From an uncultured Pirellulaceae bacterium (lineage in GTDB: Bacteria > Planctomycetota > Planctomycetia > Pirellulales > Pirellulaceae), in contig CAYNVI010000001.1 in assembly GCA_964400585.1 (NCBI GenBank), positions 1-52,456 of the forward strand: 52,456 nt of DNA, in the 5' to 3' direction. Both the position numbers and the translations under genes were made by a program. Positions 46,671-52,456 of this stretch are shown here, in pieces (the first letter of the stretch is position 1; every line of letters begins with the position of its first letter). The notes below the pieces were generated by a model that saw only the letters and a program-made list of their open reading frames with translations, did no database searches and had not been told where the DNA came from.

Positions 46671-47678
46671 TCAATTGGCCGCCGGGGAGGGCGACGATTT
46701 GATCCGCCCGGCGCGGAAGGCTTCGGCCATCGCCCGCGGCACTTCGGCCTCGGCCATCACCAACCCCGCGCGATTTTCGGCGACCCGCGCCTTCTGGCCT
46801 TGCTCCTCGGCAATCGCTTCGGCGCGGCGGCGCTCCGCCTGAGCTCGAGCGACGCGCGTGTCGGCCTCGGCCTGATCCGACTGCAAGCGGGCACCGATGT
46901 TTTCGCCGATGTCGATGTCCGCGATATCGATCGAGACGATCGCGAAGGCGGTCTGGGCGTCGAGCCCCCGCTTCAACACGGCGCGGGTGATCAGGTCGGG
47001 ATTTTCGAGGACGGCGAAATGCGTTTCGGCCGACCCGATCGAGCTGATGATCGATTCGCCCACCCGCGCGATCACGGTTTCCTCGGTCGCTCCCCCGATC
47101 AACTGTTCCAGATTGGTGCGGACGGTCACGCGAGCGCGGACGCGGAGTTCGATCCCGTTCTTGGTGATCGCGCTCAGCGTCGTCTTGCCGCTGCGACGCG
47201 GGTCGGGACAATCGATCACCTTCGGGTAGACGCTCGTCTGGACCGCATCGAGGACATCGCGACCCGCCAGGTCGATCGCCGCCGCCTGGTCGAAATCGAG
47301 TTGAATGCTGGCCCGATGGGCCGCGATGATCGCGTGGATCACGTTCATCACGTTGCCGCCGGCCAGGTAATGCGACTCGAGCCGCCGGGTGCTGATCCCC
47401 GCCGCCCGATTGATGTCCATGCCCGCCTGGGCGGCCATGATCTTGGCCTGCACGATCACCTGCGGATTGACCTTGGTGAAGTGCATCCGGATCAGGCTGC
47501 TAAGACTGACATCGGCCACCGACATGTAAGCCTGGAACCACAGTTTGCCATACCGCAGGAAAAAGAATCCCAGGGTCAGCAAGATGAAGGCGAGGACGAA
47601 CCCGCCGGCGGCGAGGAACACGCCGTAGACGCTGACTTCGGCCAAGGGGAGCGGAGCGCGGAGAAGCGAGCTGGACAC
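46671..47678 (-). CDS. floA: Flotillin-like protein FloA (UPF0365/YqfA family)
   Basis: RRLESHYLAGGNVMNVIHAIIAAHRASIQLDFDQAAAIDLAGRDVLDAVQTSVYPKVI..., VRTNLEQLIGGATEETVIARVGE and SIDIADIDIGENIGARLQSDQAEAD align closely with B. subtilis FloA as I remember it. GTG start at 47678. Confidence 0.92.
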   Translation of the reverse strand: MSSSLLRAPLPLAEVSVYGVFLAAGGFVLAFILLTLGFFFLRYGKLWFQAYMSVADVSLSSLIRMHFTKVNPQVIVQAKIMAAQAGMDINRAAGISTRRLESHYLAGGNVMNVIHAIIAAHRASIQLDFDQAAAIDLAGRDVLDAVQTSVYPKVIDCPDPRRSGKTTLSAITKNGIELRVRARVTVRTNLEQLIGGATEETVIARVGESIISSIGSAETHFAVLENPDLITRAVLKRGLDAQTAFAIVSIDIADIDIGENIGARLQSDQAEADTRVARAQAERRRAEAIAEEQGQKARVAENRAGLVMAEAEVPRAMAEAFRAGRIKSSPSPAAN

Positions 47679-48240
47679 GGATACGACTTTTTCTTCGGGT
47701 TTTCTTCAGGGAAGAAGCCGACGGTGATCTAGAATTCTGTCCTGGAACGACGAACGATAAAGCGTCGTGAGGCCGTCGGCGAAAGTACGTTATACAAGAC
47801 GGACGAGTCCTGGGGAGGGAAGCTCCTACTTTTCCCCAGGTCGATGGGTGGGAGCGAAGACCTGGATCATGGACTTCATCCTTGCGGGGCAGCCGTCTGT
47901 TCCGGCACGGTTAGTCGCCCCTGCGGGCAGGAGCAATTGCCCCGGCGGGCAGCAGGAGTCGCTCTTGAGGGACCGGCCGGCAGGCCGGTCCGCAACCGAT
48001 CCGGGGGCCAGCGGAAGCGGCGGCAAGGAGCAGGCGAGTGCCCCGAGCGGCGGGCCTCGGTGAAGTCCTACCACCGCCCTGCAGGCCCGCACCGGGCTCC
48101 TCGCGGGGCGTCCGGCACTCCCTTTTAACCGCCCCCCCTTTTGATAGCCCCCCTTTTTGACGATCCGGCTCGCGACGTTGCCCGGCTTTGGACTACGCTA
48201 GAAACATCCCTTGTTCCACCTCATCTAAGTGAGGAAATCG

Positions 48241-48561
48241 ATGATGCCAACACTGCAAGCGGGCGACTGGGTCGTCTACCGCAAAACCAAGCAAAGCCGC
48301 GTTCCGGGACCCCGTGCCCAGCAGGTGATGGCGTCTCCCAAAGGCGATAGTTACGGCTACATCGTCGACAAATTCTGGGTCGTCGAAGGGGTCTGCGAAG
48401 ACGGCAGCGTGCTGGTGAAAACCCGCCGCGGCAAGCACCACCGCTTGTCGAGTGACGACCCCTGCCTGCGCAAGGCCAACTTCTTCGAACGGATGCTGCA
48501 CCGCCACCGTTTTCGCGAGATCGACCAACACACCGAGCACGGCAACGCGATCCCGGCCTAG
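48241..48561 (+). CDS. Small hypothetical protein (about 106 aa)
   Basis: GAGGAAATCG precedes ATG 48241. MMPTLQAGDWVVYRKTKQSRVPGPRAQQVMASPKGDSYGYIVDKFWVVEGV... has a non-shadow-like amino-acid composition (Lys, Tyr, Phe, Asp). I do not recognise the family. Confidence 0.5.
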   Translation: MMPTLQAGDWVVYRKTKQSRVPGPRAQQVMASPKGDSYGYIVDKFWVVEGVCEDGSVLVKTRRGKHHRLSSDDPCLRKANFFERMLHRHRFREIDQHTEHGNAIPA

Positions 48562-48815
48562 CTGGAAAGTTTGGAGAGCTCATTGGCGACCAGGGTCGGA
48601 TCGTCCTTTGCTTGCAAATGAGCGATTCGGTCGGCGGGCAGCCCCGCTTTTTCCAAGTGTCCTGCCAAGCGTTTCCAAATCGTCGCCCGTTTTTTACCTT
48701 CGCTCAGAAAGAGCTCGGTGACCAGTTCCTGGGCCTTCTGGAAGGCGATCGCATCCCGGTTGCGGTAGTAATTCTTGATGATCCGCTCTTGGTGGCGGCT
48801 GTGTTCAGGGGGCAT
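48558..48815 (-). CDS. Small hypothetical helical protein (85 aa)
   Basis: Track ORF 48558..49133 trimmed to ATG 48815 ([50 protein letters not shown]...). The composition looks coding. The upstream 106 codons are Arg/Pro/Gly-rich. Confidence 0.45.
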   Translation of the reverse strand: MPPEHSRHQERIIKNYYRNRDAIAFQKAQELVTELFLSEGKKRATIWKRLAGHLEKAGLPADRIAHLQAKDDPTLVANELSKLSS

Positions 48816-49029
48816 CGGCGAGGGGACTCCAAAGAAACGAAGAACGAAGGCGAAAGAAACGCTCCGGCGGCGCGGTGGGCCGCGACCGGGCGGCCGCTCG
48901 CAACCGCCTACGGTAGCCGATCGCCGCGGCGATCGGCTACGCCATTTTGCCGCCGCCAGGCGGTGGTGTCGGCGCTTTGCCGCAGGCTGTATGCTACCTT
49001 CGTTCTGCCCGTCTGAGAGATCTCTGTTT

Positions 49030-49518
49030 ATGAACCGACCGAACCGCCAAGAGAACCGTCCGGTGATGTGCCGCGGAGTTCGCGGGGCGATCACGGTCGA
49101 CGCGAACGACCGCCACGCGATCTTAACCGCCACGCGTCAATTACTGGCTTTGATGATCCGCCGCAATCAGATTGTGGCCGCCGATGTCGCCAGCGCGACC
49201 TTCACGCTAACTCGTGATCTGGACGCCGAGTTCCCCGCTTTGGCGGCCCGGCAATTGGGGTGGTTGGATGTGCCGCTGCTGTGCGGTTACGAAGTCGCCG
49301 TGCCCGGTTCGCTGCCGCAATGCATCCGGGTCCTGATCCACTGGAACACGCCCCGTGGCCAGTCGGAAATCGAGCACATTTACATGCGGGGTGCGAAAGT
49401 CCTGCGTCCCGATCTTTCCAAGCTGCCGCCGGTCGACCTGGAGGAACTGGAAACTTGGATTCGTCAGCAGATGGATGACCCCTCCTGCTCCGGGTCGAGC
49501 AAACCGTCGGCATCATGA
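49030..49518 (+). CDS. aroH: AroH-class chorismate mutase
   Basis: Track ORF 48775..49518 trimmed to ATG 49030 (or ATG 49066). [33 protein letters not shown]...[14 protein letters not shown]...IRVLIHWNT...[13 protein letters not shown] is the AroH signature. Confidence 0.85.
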   Translation: MNRPNRQENRPVMCRGVRGAITVDANDRHAILTATRQLLALMIRRNQIVAADVASATFTLTRDLDAEFPALAARQLGWLDVPLLCGYEVAVPGSLPQCIRVLIHWNTPRGQSEIEHIYMRGAKVLRPDLSKLPPVDLEELETWIRQQMDDPSCSGSSKPSAS

Positions 49519-50405
49519 AGACCCGCATTCGCTGGACCTACAGTGTTCCCTTAAGCGTCCTCCGCGCTGCCGCCTCGGTCGCCTTGCGGGCTCCGGTCGT
49601 GACGCCGGCGTTGGAGCCACGCTTGTCGCCAGCGGTCGCGGCGATCAACCACCGGCTGGCCCTCGATGAACTCGACCTGGCGGTCTTCTGGGAAGCGTTG
49701 CTGCGGGCGGGGCTCGACCCGGGGGATGACCGCGGGCGCTGCGAGCCGGCTTTGTTGGCGGCGGGTTGTTCGCCCTTGGCGAGCGAAACGATGGCTTCGG
49801 CCGTCTCCCGCTGGCTGACCGATATCCGCCTGGCGCATCACGAAGCCTTTCCCAAATTGGCCGAACAGTTGCCGCTCCGCGGTCGCCCGCTGCGGGAACA
49901 TTGGGAAGAACGGGGAGCCGGGCTGCTCCGGCAGATCGGGCAGCGGACCCACGCTCAGCTGCTGCCGCCGCGGGCGACGGTCTGCTTGATCCAGCCGGTG
50001 CGGGGGGGGGACGGAGGCCTCGATGCGGGTCGGGAAACGGTGTGGATGGAAGCGATCCTCACCAACATCGATCCGACCCTGCCCGAGACGCTTCGCCTGG
50101 GCTGGCTGATCGCCCGTCTGGGGATGGCGGGCGAAAATGCCAACCGCTTGATCGACGCCGAACACTTACCGCGGGTCGCCGCGGTCGGCCTGGTCCCGGT
50201 GGTGCTCGCCGCCGGACAGGAACTCGAGCTCGTCCCTCCGGGCCCCTTGCCGATCGCCGCAGCGCTCCAAACCTGGCGGGTCGCCAGCGACGAGGCGACG
50301 CCCGCCATTCTGGAGAACTGGTGGGAACAGCTGTCGACCGGCTCGACCCCCTTCCCGGTCGCGATCAAAGCGCTCGACCGGATGCTCTTTCCCGCCGACG
50401 CCTGA
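49515..50405 (+). CDS. Hypothetical protein (296 aa)
   Basis: Its ATG overlaps the chorismate mutase stop (ATGA at 49515..49518). Ala/Leu/Arg-rich with no recognised motif. The frame is supported mainly by the coupling and by the absence of a better frame. Confidence 0.55.
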   Translation: MKTRIRWTYSVPLSVLRAAASVALRAPVVTPALEPRLSPAVAAINHRLALDELDLAVFWEALLRAGLDPGDDRGRCEPALLAAGCSPLASETMASAVSRWLTDIRLAHHEAFPKLAEQLPLRGRPLREHWEERGAGLLRQIGQRTHAQLLPPRATVCLIQPVRGGDGGLDAGRETVWMEAILTNIDPTLPETLRLGWLIARLGMAGENANRLIDAEHLPRVAAVGLVPVVLAAGQELELVPPGPLPIAAALQTWRVASDEATPAILENWWEQLSTGSTPFPVAIKALDRMLFPADA

Positions 50406-50700
50406 GCGGCCTCGCGCGAGTTGCCCCTGACTCGTCCCACCGAGCGGGTCCGAGCGGGGCTGCGCAAGTTGGACTGAGGGACGGGAAAGGGTTGCGTCTG
50501 AGGAAACCCGTCGGGCGATCTCGAGCCCTCCCTCACAACCTGTTCATCACCGCAGGCGGGCCGCGGAAGAGATTTTCACCAGCTGGGCGCGCGGTTCGCA
50601 CATGGGCGGGGGCGAGGCGTTGGTCGCAGCGAGTGCCTGCTCGGTTGGTTTGCGGCGGCGTGTTCCTCCGAAACTGCCTGTTTACCCCGAAGGTGATCCG

Positions 50701-52456
50701 ATGGCTTTTACGGCGTCCTCCTCGACCGAAACCCCGCTGGCGACGTCGCTGGAAACACAAAGCCAGCTCTGCAAGCTCCTGCGTCACTGGATTTTGGAGT
50801 CGACCACGCGGGCCGGTTCGGGCCATGCGACCTCGTCGCTGTCGGCGGTGGAATTGATGACGTCGCTCTTCTTCGGAGGCACCCTGCGATACGATGTCGA
50901 GAACCCCGAAAACCCGCTCAACGACCGGGCGATTTTTTCGAAGGGCCACGCCTCGCCTTTGCTGTACGGGCTGTGGGCCGCCGCCGGCCAGGTCGATGAA
51001 GCGGCACTCGCCCATTACCGCGAATTCGGCAGCAGCTTGGAAGGCCACCCGACCGATCGCTTCCGCTTCGCCGAGGCGGCGACCGGCTCGCTCGGCCAAG
51101 GGTTGTCGATCGGCCTGGGGATGGCCCTGGCAGCCCGCGCCGCGACCGGGGGCACCGCGAATTCTCCCCCCCGAGCGTGCGTCCTGCTGGGCGATAGTGA
51201 GATGACCGAAGGGAGCCAGTGGGAAGCGGTCCAGATCGCCGCGCATTACGAGCTGGACAACTTGCTGGGTGTGCTCGATGTGAACCGTTTGGGGCAACGC
51301 GGCCCGACGATGTATGGCCGTCACCTGGACGCCTACCAACAGCGTCTGGAGGCCTTTGGCTGGCGGACCGTCGTGGTGGAAGATGGCCACGACCTGGAAC
51401 GGCTGGCCGAAGCCTACCGCGAGGCGGTCCAGCCGGCAGGCAAACCGACGATGTTGATCGCGGGGACCGTCAAAGGAAAAGGGGTCTCGTTGCTGGCGGA
51501 CCAAGAGGGCTGGCACGGCAAAGCCCTCGACGAAGAACAACTGCAGCAAGCCCTCGAGGAGCTCGGTGAAGTCGATCCCTCGCTCCGCGGCTCGATCCCC
51601 CGCCCGGAGGCCCCGGCGGGGGACGTGTCGGGGGAACCCTCCCCCCCTGCCCAAAATTTCGCGGCGATCGACTCGTATGCGCTCGGCGACGAGGTGGCGA
51701 CCCGCGACGGCTATGGAACCGCCCTCGTCCGCGTGGGGGAAGCGATGCCGGAAATCGTCGCCCTCGACGGCGAGGTCTGCAATTCGACGCGGGCCAAAAC
51801 CTTCCGAGAGGCGTTCCCCGATCGCTTCTACGAAATGTTCGTGGCCGAGCAGAACATGGTCGGCGTGGCCACCGGTTTGGCGCTCCGCGGCAAGGTGCCG
51901 TTCGTTTCGACGTTTGCCGCGTTCTTCAGCCGAGCGTTCGACCAGATCCGCATGACCCCCCACTCGGGTGCGTCGGTCAAATTTGTCGGCTCCCATGCAG
52001 GCGTCGCCATCGGCGAAGATGGCCCCTCGCAGATGGGGCTGGAGGACCTGGCGATGTTCCGTTCGCTCCCGGATTCCACCGTCGTCTACCCGTGCGATGC
52101 CGTTTCCACCGAAAAGCTGGTCGAACAACTCGCGCAGCAGTCGCCAGGAACGGCCTACCTTCGGACGACGCGAGGCAAAACTCCCGTCATCTACCAACCG
52201 GACGTGAACTTCCCCATCGGGGGGTCTCATGTGCTCCGCCGCAGTGACCAGGACCGGCTGACGATCGTGGCGGCCGGGGTGACCCTGCACGAGGCGCTCG
52301 CAGCGCACGAGCAATTGCAGCAAGCAGGAATCGCGACCCGCGTGATCGATCTGTACTCGATCAAACCGATCGACCGACCGACGCTGCTCACCGCGGCCCA
52401 GGAAACCGGCTGCCTGCTGACCGTCGAGGACCATTACGCGGCGGGTGGCATCGGGG
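50701..52456 (+). CDS. tkt: Transketolase-family protein, 3' end cut by the window edge
   Basis: Absent from the ORF track (no stop in the window). Own translation from ATG 50701 (GAAGGTG upstream): MAFTASSSTETPL...RAGSGHATSSLSAVELMTSLFF...FSKGHASPLLYGLWAAAG...LEGHPT...GSLGQGLSIGLGMA...LGDSEMTEGSQWEA...DVNRLGQ...FVAEQNMVGVATGLA...GSHAGVAIGEDGPSQMGLEDLAMFR. Confidence 0.88.
   Translation, partial: MAFTASSSTETPLATSLETQSQLCKLLRHWILESTTRAGSGHATSSLSAVELMTSLFFGGTLRYDVENPENPLNDRAIFSKGHASPLLYGLWAAAGQVDEAALAHYREFGSSLEGHPTDRFRFAEAATGSLGQGLSIGLGMALAARAATGGTANSPPRACVLLGDSEMTEGSQWEAVQIAAHYELDNLLGVLDVNRLGQRGPTMYGRHLDAYQQRLEAFGWRTVVVEDGHDLERLAEAYREAVQPAGKPTMLIAGTVKGKGVSLLADQEGWHGKALDEEQLQQALEELGEVDPSLRGSIPRPEAPAGDVSGEPSPPAQNFAAIDSYALGDEVATRDGYGTALVRVGEAMPEIVALDGEVCNSTRAKTFREAFPDRFYEMFVAEQNMVGVATGLALRGKVPFVSTFAAFFSRAFDQIRMTPHSGASVKFVGSHAGVAIGEDGPSQMGLEDLAMFRSLPDSTVVYPCDAVSTEKLVEQLAQQSPGTAYLRTTRGKTPVIYQPDVNFPIGGSHVLRRSDQDRLTIVAAGVTLHEALAAHEQLQQAGIATRVIDLYSIKPIDRPTLLTAAQETGCLLTVEDHYAAGGIG

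Noticed and set aside
47679-48240. RNase P RNA, SRP RNA or 6S RNA in the floA upstream gap
   Set aside because: The gap lacks GAGGAAAGTCCGGGC and ACAGAANNCGGCTTA (RNase P). It also lacks the GGAA-tetraloop/AGCA symmetric-loop context of SRP helix 8. It is kept only as an unassigned structured region.
50533-52434. 633-aa minus-strand ORF
   Set aside because: It is antisense to the transketolase gene, whose plus-strand translation shows the TPP-binding and pyrimidine-domain motifs. The antisense product is Arg/Gly-rich with no recognisable domain.

Overview
GC-rich chromosomal segment that looks like a Planctomycetota (Pirellulales-like) genome. The evidence is a DUF1559/H-X9-DG pseudopilin-like gene with its lipoprotein partner, two S1-type sulfatases, a DUF1080 protein, Gfo/Idh/MocA plus xylose-isomerase-like TIM-barrel sugar genes, and three calcineurin-like phosphoesterases. 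I call 40 protein-coding genes. Two of them (a sulfatase at the left edge and a transketolase at the right edge) are cut by the window, so they are missing from the supplied ORF track. I also call one tRNA-Leu(CAA) with a hairpin/T-tract terminator and several short tandem or inverted repeat elements. I saw no rRNA, CRISPR array, transposase, integrase or phage gene, so this is mostly core chromosome. Housekeeping anchors are smpB, lipA, kbl-tdh, floA, an AroH-type chorismate mutase, pncC and transketolase. Two multi-gene clusters of unknown function are the most interesting content. The first (7435-21071) is a translationally coupled MoxR ATPase / DUF58 / two membrane vWA proteins / 1930-aa coiled-coil giant / alpha-alpha-toroid protein cluster. 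The second (32804-38128) is a minus-strand cluster of a MacB-type ABC pair, a secreted CxxC helical-repeat protein and two paralogous DUF3299-like proteins with a CCFG motif; a (GGGGAGC)n microsatellite sits between its ATPase and permease genes. Other points: a VHL-beta-like tail on the left-edge sulfatase, a REP/MITE-like hairpin element present twice, three GCACGTGC palindromes at 26-bp spacing, G-rich tandem repeats in two intercistronic spacers, and a 560-nt structured non-coding gap upstream of floA. Many long ORFs in the track are antisense or out-of-frame shadows typical of high-GC DNA and were rejected. All homology statements come from motif recognition by eye; no database search was possible.
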